Source: Candidatus Thiopontia autotrophica
GTDB lineage: Bacteria; Pseudomonadota; Gammaproteobacteria; GCF-002020875
Assembly: GCA_014384675.1 (NCBI GenBank)
Contig: JACNFK010000020.1
Coordinates: forward strand, 3,954 to 67,953
Direction: 5' to 3'
DNA length: 64,000 nt
The first letter of the stretch is position 1. The number at the start of each line of letters is the position of its first letter. The notes under the pieces are model-generated. The model saw only the letters and a list, made by a program, of their open reading frames with translations, did not search any database and was not told the DNA's origin. The position numbers were made by a program, and so were the translations under genes. This document shows positions 51,139 through 59,288 of the stretch, in pieces.

Positions 51139-51728
51139 TGACAGATGCCGCCTTCCAGCACTTCCTCTGGATTTTCGTCAGTGCTCTGTTGGTAAACAAC
51201 TTTGTGCTGGCATACTTTCTTGGGCTCTGCCCATTCCTGGGTGTCTCCGGAAAGCTCGAAACCTCATTCAGGCTTGGGCTTGCCACCACCTTTGTACTGA
51301 TTATCACCGCCATCTGTGCCTGGATACTCAACACCTACGTACTTCCCCATGCACCATACCTGCGACTGATCAGCTTTATTGTGGTGATTGCCAGCGTAGT
51401 ACAATTTATCGAGATGCTGATCAAAAAGCTCAGCCCCTCTCTATTCCGCTCACTTGGAATCTTCCTGCCGCTGATCACCACCAACTGCGCCATCCTGGGG
51501 CTTGCCATATTTGCCACCAACCGTGAATATGGGTTTGCTGAAAGCATTATCTTCGCCCTTGGTGCCGGAGGCGGATTCACCCTGGCACTGCTGCTTATGG
51601 CCGGACTTCGTGAGGAGAGTGAACTATCCGATGTTCCAACCCTGATACGTGGCACTGCATTTAATCTGATTATTGCAGGCATCCTCTCCATGGCCTTTAT
51701 GGGCTTTGCCGGACTCTTCTCGTCATGA
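51135..51728 (+). CDS. rnfA: Rnf complex subunit A
   Basis: NqrE/RnfA family: FVLAYFLGLCPFLGVS ... LPLITTNCAILG. Confidence 0.88.
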   Translation: MMTDAAFQHFLWIFVSALLVNNFVLAYFLGLCPFLGVSGKLETSFRLGLATTFVLIITAICAWILNTYVLPHAPYLRLISFIVVIASVVQFIEMLIKKLSPSLFRSLGIFLPLITTNCAILGLAIFATNREYGFAESIIFALGAGGGFTLALLLMAGLREESELSDVPTLIRGTAFNLIIAGILSMAFMGFAGLFSS

Positions 51729-51916
51729 CGGGATATATCATCTCTATCCTTGCATTGATCGCCCTGCTAGTTGGCTGGGTGCTGTTTCAGGAGTGGCTGA
51801 AGAAGAGGGATCCCCAACAGTTTGGATATAAACCAGGATGTGACGCCTGTGCCAGCAAGGATAACTGCTCTGCCCAGAAACCAGACAACACAATAAAATT
51901 TACAACACCTAAATAG
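51725..51916 (+). CDS. small membrane protein (63 aa) with Cys-rich tail, translationally coupled to rnfA
   Basis: ATGA overlap with the rnfA stop. One TM helix (IISILALIALLVGWVLF), then KPGCDACASKDNC. Confidence 0.4.
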   Translation: MTGYIISILALIALLVGWVLFQEWLKKRDPQQFGYKPGCDACASKDNCSAQKPDNTIKFTTPK

Positions 51917-51919
51917 ACT

Positions 51920-52855
51920 ATGAGTTTACAGACCAGAAAAATTGCCCTCGTTGGTGGTGGCCAGATAGGCACAGCACTAGCCCTTATGATCACCCAGAAA
52001 GATCATGCCGAAGTAGTCATTGTTGATCTGCCAGAAGCAGTCGACCCTATCAAGGGCAAGGCACTTGATATCATGGCACTACGCCCCCACGCCGGTGTTG
52101 ATGTAGAGATTACTGCAACCAGTGACTACAGCAAGATAGCGGATGCCGAGGTTGTGATCGTAACAGCAGGTATTCCACGCAAAGCTGGCATGAGTCGTAA
52201 CGACCTGCTGGAGATAAATCTTGGGGTTATCGAATCCGTCGCCAAAGAGGTTGCCACTCACGCCCCCAATGCGTTTGTTGTCCTGTCAACAAACCCTGTA
52301 GATACCATGTGTCAGGCCTTCCAGCGCCACTCTGGTTTTCCTAAAAATCGTGTAATCGGCCTCTCTGGTGCTCTGGACAGCGGACGCTTTCGTCTGTTTA
52401 TCGCCATGGAGACCGGCTTCTCTGCCAAGGATGTCTCCTGCATGGTAATGGGTGGGCATGGCCCATCAATGATCCCCCTGACCAGAACTGCAACTGTTGG
52501 CGGCATCCCCATCCAGACCCTGCTATCAGATGAGAAGATCGAGGAGATTGTCGAACGTACCCGTCACGCCGGAACCGAGATTGTTCAACTTATGGGGCAA
52601 GGCAGCGCCTACATAAGCCCTGCCTCTGCAATTATGGAGATGGTTGAGGCCTACCTGTACAACAAGAAGAGACTTATTGCATCCTCTGTGCGTTGTGATG
52701 GAGAGTATGGGATCAATGACTGCTTCATAGGTGTGCCTTGTGTGATCGGCGCTGGTGGTGTGGAAAAGATAGTAGAGATGGAGCTGACTGCTAGTGAACA
52801 GTCCCAGCTCAAAACCAACTACCAATCACTACTGGAAAACATAAAACAGATCTGA
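51920..52855 (+). CDS. mdh: malate dehydrogenase (LDH-like type)
   Basis: IALVGGGQIGTALALMI NAD-binding fold, catalytic-loop IPRKAGMSRNDLL, and MVMGGHG, typical of tetrameric LDH-like MDHs. Confidence 0.9.
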   Translation: MSLQTRKIALVGGGQIGTALALMITQKDHAEVVIVDLPEAVDPIKGKALDIMALRPHAGVDVEITATSDYSKIADAEVVIVTAGIPRKAGMSRNDLLEINLGVIESVAKEVATHAPNAFVVLSTNPVDTMCQAFQRHSGFPKNRVIGLSGALDSGRFRLFIAMETGFSAKDVSCMVMGGHGPSMIPLTRTATVGGIPIQTLLSDEKIEEIVERTRHAGTEIVQLMGQGSAYISPASAIMEMVEAYLYNKKRLIASSVRCDGEYGINDCFIGVPCVIGAGGVEKIVEMELTASEQSQLKTNYQSLLENIKQI

Positions 52856-52871
52856 ACGAAAAATTGACCTA

Positions 52872-54260
52872 TCAAATAACCTTTGAGAAGTGTTGTGCCT
52901 TTTTCTCACGTAGATAGCGGTCAAATACCATACATACGTTACGGATCAACAACCGTCCTGCAGTAGCCACGGTAACACCATCACTGTCCATGGTTAGCAG
53001 TCCATCTGTCTCCATATCCTTGAGCTCTTCAAGTTCTATCTGGAAGTAGTTACTGAAGTTGATGTTATGGCGCTCTTCGATTGCACTGTAGCCAAGACGG
53101 AAGTTGCAGATAAGTTCGGTGATTACATCTCTGCGTAGCAGATCATCGGCATCCAGCTCTACCCCACGGAAAATTGGAAGTTGGCCGGCATCTATTGCTG
53201 CATAGTAATCATCTGACTCTTTCAGGTTCTGTGAGTATGTATTACCCACCACCCCAATTGAGGTTACTCCCAGACCAATAAGATCGCAGTCACGGTGGGT
53301 AGAGTAGCCCTGGAAGTTTCTATAGAGTGTACCTTCACGTTGGGCCACAGCCAGTTCGTCATCAGGAAGTGCGAAGTGATCCATTCCAATGTATAGATAT
53401 CCTGCCTCGGATAGCTGTTGGTTGGTACGTTGAAGAATTTCCAGTTTTTGATCAGGCGTTGGAAGGTCTGCCTCATTGATACGGCGCTGTGGTTTAAATA
53501 TCTCGGGGAGATGAGCATAATTAAATACCGACAGCCTGTCTGGTCTAACCTCCAGCACCTTGTCCACTGTTTTCTGGAAGCTATCTGCAGTCTGATGTGG
53601 CAGACCATAGATAAGATCAATACTGATCGATTTGAAACCGGTATCACGAGCCGCATTCAATACCGCAAACGTCTCTTCCTCTGACTGGATGCGGTTTACT
53701 GCTTTCTGTACCACAGGATCAAAATCCTGCAGACCCAGACTCATGCGGTTGAAGCCCTGCTCTCGCAGTAGCGCAATGGTCTCTGCTGTCGCCTCACGGG
53801 GATCGATCTCGATTGAGTACTCACCTTCATCATCGTCACGCAGATTGAAGTTTGCCCGAGTTGCATCCATCAACCGGAGAATCTCTTCATGGTTGAGGAA
53901 GGTTGGGGTACCACCGCCCCAGTGCAGCTGGTCAACAACTCTTGAGCTATCAAACTGCTCACCCTGAAGCTCCAGTTCACGAATTATCCTGTCCAGATAT
54001 GGAGGTGACTTGGCTCTATCCTTGGTTGCAATCTTGTTGCAGCCACAATAGAAACATACAGTGTCGCAAAACGGTATGTGGAAATAGAGTGACAGAGGAC
54101 GCAGTGGATCTTCCTGGTTGGTACGAGATGCCGCTGCTTTATAGGATTCCCTGTCAAATCCCTCATGAAACTGAACCGCCGTTGGGTATGATGTATAACG
54201 TGGACCCGCCTTGTCATAACGGCGAATCAAATCCATATCGAATGTTAGTATCTGTTCCAT
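52872..54260 (-). CDS. hemN: oxygen-independent coproporphyrinogen III oxidase (radical SAM)
   Basis: GPRYTSYPTA, radical-SAM CDTVCFYCGCN and LHWGGGTPTFL. Collinear with E. coli HemN through the C-terminal ...FDRYLREKKAQHFSKVI. Confidence 0.93.
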   Translation of the reverse strand: MEQILTFDMDLIRRYDKAGPRYTSYPTAVQFHEGFDRESYKAAASRTNQEDPLRPLSLYFHIPFCDTVCFYCGCNKIATKDRAKSPPYLDRIIRELELQGEQFDSSRVVDQLHWGGGTPTFLNHEEILRLMDATRANFNLRDDDEGEYSIEIDPREATAETIALLREQGFNRMSLGLQDFDPVVQKAVNRIQSEEETFAVLNAARDTGFKSISIDLIYGLPHQTADSFQKTVDKVLEVRPDRLSVFNYAHLPEIFKPQRRINEADLPTPDQKLEILQRTNQQLSEAGYLYIGMDHFALPDDELAVAQREGTLYRNFQGYSTHRDCDLIGLGVTSIGVVGNTYSQNLKESDDYYAAIDAGQLPIFRGVELDADDLLRRDVITELICNFRLGYSAIEERHNINFSNYFQIELEELKDMETDGLLTMDSDGVTVATAGRLLIRNVCMVFDRYLREKKAQHFSKVI

Positions 54261-54296
54261 ATAATTATCTTCCTCCCGTCTCTACGACTGTAGCAC

Positions 54297-55223
54297 TCAT
54301 GGTACCGCTCGCCGCTCAAATTCCTTGCGAAATAGTGGCCGGTATCTATCCAGCAAATCATGGCCGATCACAAATACCCCATGCCCACCACGTTCAAAAT
54401 CTATCCAGCTCCACGGGACTTCTGGAAACAGTTGTTCCAGAGCCAATGCACTATTCCCTACCTCACAAACCAGTGCGCCATTCTCTTCCAGATGGGCTGA
54501 GGATTCCAGTAGAATCTGAACCACAATATCGAGTCCATCCTCACCAGCCTCCAACCCCATACGGGGCTCGGCATGAAACTCTGCCGGCATTGAATCCAGA
54601 TCCAACTTGTCCACATACGGTGGATTGGTAACGATCAGATCATACCTCTTTCCATCAAGCTCAGAGAATAGATCTGAACGGATCAGATTAACCTGATCCT
54701 CTAACCCATGTTGCTCAACATTTATCTCTGCAACCTTCAGAGCATCCTCGGAAAGATCTACGGCATCTATAGTTGCCTCTGGAAACTCATAAGCACAAGC
54801 TATTGCAATACAAGCACTTCCAGCACCAATCTCAAGTATATGATCCGGTACTTCCGGATTTATCCAGGGTGAAAACTGCTGCTCTATCAGCTCAGCAACC
54901 GGCGATCTTGGGACCAGAACACGCTCATCTACATAGAACTGTAGCCCTGCAAACATTGCCCTATTGGTCAGATATGGGAGCGGCACCCTATCCTCGACTC
55001 TTCTCGCAAAAAGCTTGACCAAGTGCTGTCGCTCAGTCTGCAGCAGGTTCCCCTCAAGCAGAAGGTCAGGACAGTCAGATGGTAAATGCAGGCCGTTTAA
55101 AACCAGCTGAACAGACTCATCTACAGCATTATCTGTGCCGTGCCCAAAGTAGATCTGATCCTGCTGTTCAGCCTCCCCCATTAAAGAAGCACCCCAACGG
55201 ATAAAATCCCTTGGGGTGATCAA
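54297..55223 (-). CDS. prmB: ribosomal protein uL3 glutamine N5-methyltransferase
   Basis: N-terminal GHGTDNAVDESVQLVL (E. coli PrmB GHGTDNPWDEAVQLVL), SAM-binding ILEIGAGSACIAIA, and a catalytic NPPY. Confidence 0.8.
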   Translation of the reverse strand: MITPRDFIRWGASLMGEAEQQDQIYFGHGTDNAVDESVQLVLNGLHLPSDCPDLLLEGNLLQTERQHLVKLFARRVEDRVPLPYLTNRAMFAGLQFYVDERVLVPRSPVAELIEQQFSPWINPEVPDHILEIGAGSACIAIACAYEFPEATIDAVDLSEDALKVAEINVEQHGLEDQVNLIRSDLFSELDGKRYDLIVTNPPYVDKLDLDSMPAEFHAEPRMGLEAGEDGLDIVVQILLESSAHLEENGALVCEVGNSALALEQLFPEVPWSWIDFERGGHGVFVIGHDLLDRYRPLFRKEFERRAVP

Positions 55224-55252
55224 ATTCTCTTCAGCTGTAGCTCTATCTATAA

Positions 55253-55621
55253 TCAGGCCTTGGACTCCTTCTCTTCGATCTGCTTGCGCACTTCTGCCAT
55301 ATCAAGCTCTTGTGCTTTTGCCACCAGATCCTTGAGTCCTTCTGCTGGAACCATTCCTGGCTGAGAGAAGATAACAATCTGCTCACGAAAAATCATAAGG
55401 GTCGGGATAGAGCGAATCTGAAAATGGGATGCAAGATCATGATGCTCTTCTGTATTAACCTTTGCAAAGACCACATCCTCGATCTCTTCCGAGACCTTCT
55501 CATAGATTGGCGCAAAGTTTTTACACGGACCACACCAGGGCGCCCAAAAATCAACAACTACAATATCATTTCCATTAACAGTCTCTTCAAAAGAGGTCCC
55601 ATCAAGCTCAACAGTACTCAT
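55253..55621 (-). CDS. thioredoxin with a C-terminal acidic/Lys extension
   Basis: VVVDFWAPWCGPCKNFAPIYEK and IRSIPTLMIF. About 15 extra C-terminal residues relative to TrxA. Confidence 0.88.
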   Translation of the reverse strand: MSTVELDGTSFEETVNGNDIVVVDFWAPWCGPCKNFAPIYEKVSEEIEDVVFAKVNTEEHHDLASHFQIRSIPTLMIFREQIVIFSQPGMVPAEGLKDLVAKAQELDMAEVRKQIEEKESKA

Positions 55622-55736
55622 AACAAACTCTTCCTTGTATTAACCAATCATCCAATATTCTGTAACTTCGCACAGTATTCTAACATCCCTGAAACCAACA
55701 ATCCTGCAACATTAGCAAACCTCCTGAAGAGACTGT

Positions 55737-56135
55737 TCAGAAGCTTTTATCCTCCCCCTTATCCTTATCCTTATTCTGCTCAACATCAGACTCTGACTCA
55801 AACGAGGATGGCAGCATCCTCCAAGGAACAACTTTAGCTACCAGTGGCAACAGAAGTGCGCCTCCAGGCAGCATAAAAATACCGAAAGCTGGAACCGTTC
55901 TAGCCAGATCCTTTGCCTGCTCAAGCGCCTCTTGACGCTCCTCTGCCGTCGTATCCTGTCCTAGTGAAATTTTACGCAGTGTGGTCAACATAACCCCGGT
56001 CTGCTGTATCTCCATCCATGTTTTCAGGCTTATGTCTCTAAATACCCTGCCAATCAGCTCCGGATCACTAACTTTATCTGTAGTTATCCGCAGAATCTCA
56101 CGGGTTCTGGTAACTATCTTGATTTCACTTAACAA
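55737..56135 (-). CDS. hypothetical protein with central hydrophobic segment and KD-rich tail
   Basis: 132-aa ORF in a gap between mogA and trx that no other gene explains. No family recognised. Confidence 0.4.
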   Translation of the reverse strand: MLSEIKIVTRTREILRITTDKVSDPELIGRVFRDISLKTWMEIQQTGVMLTTLRKISLGQDTTAEERQEALEQAKDLARTVPAFGIFMLPGGALLLPLVAKVVPWRMLPSSFESESDVEQNKDKDKGEDKSF

Positions 56136-56151
56136 AAGTTATTGCCCCGAT

Positions 56152-56688
56152 CTATTTGCCTTTGGGCCGAAAAACCTTAACCACATCAGGATGAGCCTCC
56201 AGGCGTGGTCCCTCAATCAGATCCACACAGTATGGGATTGCAGGAAAAAGCTCATCCAGAGTCTCTGCAATGGCAGACGGTTTTCCCGGTAGGTTTACAA
56301 TAAGGGCCTTGCCACAGATGCCTGCAGTCTGACGGGAGAGTATCGCAGTTGGTACATACTTCAATGATATTTGACGCATCAATTCACCAAAGCCTGGCAT
56401 CATGCGATCACATACAGCTTCTGTCGCCTCAGGGGTAACGTCTCGTGGCGCAGGACCTGTGCCACCTGTGGTTACGATAAGGCAACACCCCTCTTCATCC
56501 GAGAGCGCGCGCAGGGTCTCTTCAATAATTGGCTGTTCATCAGGGATAACTCTGGCAACTGGATGCCACGATGAAGATATGGCCTTCTCAAACCACCCCT
56601 GCAGGGCAGGACCGCCAAGGTCCTCATACTCTCCTCGACTGGCACGATCGGACACCGTTACAATTCCAATTTTTGCGATCTCATCCAT
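56152..56688 (-). CDS. mogA: molybdopterin adenylyltransferase MogA
   Basis: MDEIAKIGIVTVSDRASRGEYEDLGGPAL...LIVTTGGTGPAPRDVTPEAT...MPGFGELMRQISL is collinear with E. coli MogA. The track ORF has a 52-codon spurious leader. Confidence 0.9.
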   Translation of the reverse strand: MDEIAKIGIVTVSDRASRGEYEDLGGPALQGWFEKAISSSWHPVARVIPDEQPIIEETLRALSDEEGCCLIVTTGGTGPAPRDVTPEATEAVCDRMMPGFGELMRQISLKYVPTAILSRQTAGICGKALIVNLPGKPSAIAETLDELFPAIPYCVDLIEGPRLEAHPDVVKVFRPKGK

Positions 56689-56862
56689 TGATCTGGACTC
56701 CTCAGTGGTTAAATTTAGTGAAGGCATTCTATAACAAAAAAACCGCATCACCCACCTTGAAAAAAGAATAATCATCCCCACATCAGTCCTTTCCAAAAAT
56801 TGTAGAGTCAGGGAAAATACCCTCCCTGAAAACAGATACAACAACAGATAAACAGAGAAAAC

Positions 56863-59277
56863 ATGAGCAATAAATTTGACGAGGGCATGGAGACAATTAA
56901 TGGTGAGGTAGAGGTTGAGATTGAGCTCTCCCCATCATCTGAACTTGCGCTTCCATCTGAAAATCTGCCAACACAGATCTATCTTCTCCCTCTATCTGAA
57001 CGCCCCTTCTTCCCGGCCCAGACTCAACCTCTCTTGATGAATGGCAAACCATGGATGGATACCGTTCAGAAAATTGGTGATACCAACGAACATATGGTTG
57101 GCCTGTTCATGACTCAGCCACATGAATCTGATTTTGCCTCTCCAGAAGACTATTTTGAGATTGGTACTGTCGCCCGTATGCACCACCCCATGAAGCAGGA
57201 GGGGAAAATTCAGTTTATTGCAGAGGGTGTACAGCGTGCCAGAATCGTACGCTGGCTATCAGATACTCCGCCCTACAGGGTTGAGGTTGAGTATCCCAAA
57301 CCAATTCAGCCAAAGAACAAGGATGAGGCCAAGGCATTTGCCATGGCAATCATCAATATTCTGCGAGAACTTATTCCACTCAACCCTCTATATGGCGAAG
57401 AGTTGCGATTCTTTCTCGACAGATTCAGCCCTAATGAACCATCCGCACTGACCGACTTTGCCGCCAGCCTGACCACAGCAACATCCGATGAGCTGCAAAA
57501 GGTATTGGATACATTGAACATTCGTCGCCGCATGCAGAATGTACTATCTCTGCTAAAGAACGACCTGAAAGTTGCAAAGCTACAGACCAAGATACGTGAC
57601 AGTGTTGATGACAAGATGGATGAACAGCAGCGCAAGTTCTTCCTCAAAGAGCAGTTAAAGGCAATTCAGAAAGAGCTTGGTATTGCCAAGGATGACCGTA
57701 CTGCAGACTATGACAGATTTATGGAACGCATGGAAAAGCTGACCATCCCCGAGGCATCAATGAAAAAGATTGATGAGGAGATGGAAAAACTGAGCATGCT
57801 GGAGACTGGATCCCCCGAATATGCAGTGACCCGCAACTATCTGGATCAGATCATCTCACTACCATGGGGGATCCACTCAAAGGATAAACTTGACCTGCGA
57901 CGTGCGCGCAAGATCCTTGACCGTGACCATGACAGCCTGGAGGATGTAAAAGATCGTATGATCGAGTTTCTTGCTGTAGGCAAGCTAAGGGGTGAGATCA
58001 ATGGCTCTATTCTGCTGCTGGTTGGCCCTCCTGGTGTCGGCAAGACCTCGATTGGAAAATCTGTCGCTGATGCGCTGGGACGAAAATTCTACCGTCTCTC
58101 CGTTGGCGGCATGAGGGATGAGGCAGAGATCAAGGGACATCGCCGCACCTATATTGGAGCCATGCCTGGAAAGTTTATCCAGGCGATCCGTGAGACAGGG
58201 ACCCAGAACCCTATCATTATGCTGGATGAGATAGACAAGATCGGTGCCTCCTACCATGGAGACCCCGCATCCGCCCTGTTGGAGGTGCTCGATCCGGAAC
58301 AGAATGTGGAGTTCCTTGATCACTATCTTGATACCAGATTTGACCTCTCCAAGGTGCTCTTTATCTGTACCGCCAACCAGCTGGACACTATCCCTGGACC
58401 GCTGCTGGATCGTATGGAGACCATTAGACTTTCGGGATACATCACCCAGGAGAAGGTGGAGATTGCAAAGCACCATCTGTGGCCACGACAGATAGAACGT
58501 AGCGGCCTCAAACCAAGTGATATCAGGATAAGTGATGCTGCGCTGCGCACAGTAATAGATGGCTATGCTCGCGAATCCGGAGTAAGAAATCTTGAGAAGC
58601 AGCTGGGGCGCATTATCCGCAAGATCGCAGTAAAAATAGTCAAAGGAAAAAAGGGGCCTTTCAAAGTAAATATCAAGAATGTGGTCGAGTACCTTGATCA
58701 ACCAATATTCCAGAGTGAAAAACCATACCGGGGAGTTGGTGTTGTGACTGGGCTTGCCTGGACTGTTATGGGTGGTGAGACCCTGACAATTGAGGCCTCC
58801 AAGATTCATACAGACAATCGCGGCTTCAAACTTACCGGGCAACTTGGGGATGTAATGCAGGAGTCAGCCTCAATTGCCTACAGCTACATCACATCGCATC
58901 TGAAAAAATACGGTGCCAATGCTGGCTTCTTTGATAAGGCACATGTCCATCTTCATGTTCCTGCTGGTGCCACCCCCAAGGATGGGCCCAGTGCAGGCAT
59001 AACCATGGGTATCGCTCTGTTATCTCTGGCGCGCGGAAGAAAGATAAACCGCCCGCTGGCAATGACAGGTGAGATGACCCTTACCGGACGAGTCCTACCA
59101 ATTGGAGGAGTAAGAGAAAAGACAATTGCTGCCCGCCGTCAGAATATCAAAGAGCTGATCTTCCCTGCTGAAAACAAAAATGATTTTGAGGAGCTGCCAG
59201 ACTATATCCGTGAAGGGATCAACCCACACTTTGTTGCCCATTTTGATGAGGTTGCAGAGATCGTATTCCCCTCCTGA
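56863..59277 (+). CDS. second Lon-family ATP-dependent protease paralog (LonA architecture)
   Basis: 804 aa with a Lon N-domain (LLPLSERPFFPAQTQPLL), Walker [10 protein letters not shown], and protease domain PKDGPSAGI. ~45% identity by eye to the lon at 8506-10950. Confidence 0.88.
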   Translation: MSNKFDEGMETINGEVEVEIELSPSSELALPSENLPTQIYLLPLSERPFFPAQTQPLLMNGKPWMDTVQKIGDTNEHMVGLFMTQPHESDFASPEDYFEIGTVARMHHPMKQEGKIQFIAEGVQRARIVRWLSDTPPYRVEVEYPKPIQPKNKDEAKAFAMAIINILRELIPLNPLYGEELRFFLDRFSPNEPSALTDFAASLTTATSDELQKVLDTLNIRRRMQNVLSLLKNDLKVAKLQTKIRDSVDDKMDEQQRKFFLKEQLKAIQKELGIAKDDRTADYDRFMERMEKLTIPEASMKKIDEEMEKLSMLETGSPEYAVTRNYLDQIISLPWGIHSKDKLDLRRARKILDRDHDSLEDVKDRMIEFLAVGKLRGEINGSILLLVGPPGVGKTSIGKSVADALGRKFYRLSVGGMRDEAEIKGHRRTYIGAMPGKFIQAIRETGTQNPIIMLDEIDKIGASYHGDPASALLEVLDPEQNVEFLDHYLDTRFDLSKVLFICTANQLDTIPGPLLDRMETIRLSGYITQEKVEIAKHHLWPRQIERSGLKPSDIRISDAALRTVIDGYARESGVRNLEKQLGRIIRKIAVKIVKGKKGPFKVNIKNVVEYLDQPIFQSEKPYRGVGVVTGLAWTVMGGETLTIEASKIHTDNRGFKLTGQLGDVMQESASIAYSYITSHLKKYGANAGFFDKAHVHLHVPAGATPKDGPSAGITMGIALLSLARGRKINRPLAMTGEMTLTGRVLPIGGVREKTIAARRQNIKELIFPAENKNDFEELPDYIREGINPHFVAHFDEVAEIVFPS

Positions 59278-59288
59278 ACAGATCGACA

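Noticed and set aside
57985-58842. 285-aa - strand ORF
   Set aside because: Antisense within the second lon gene.
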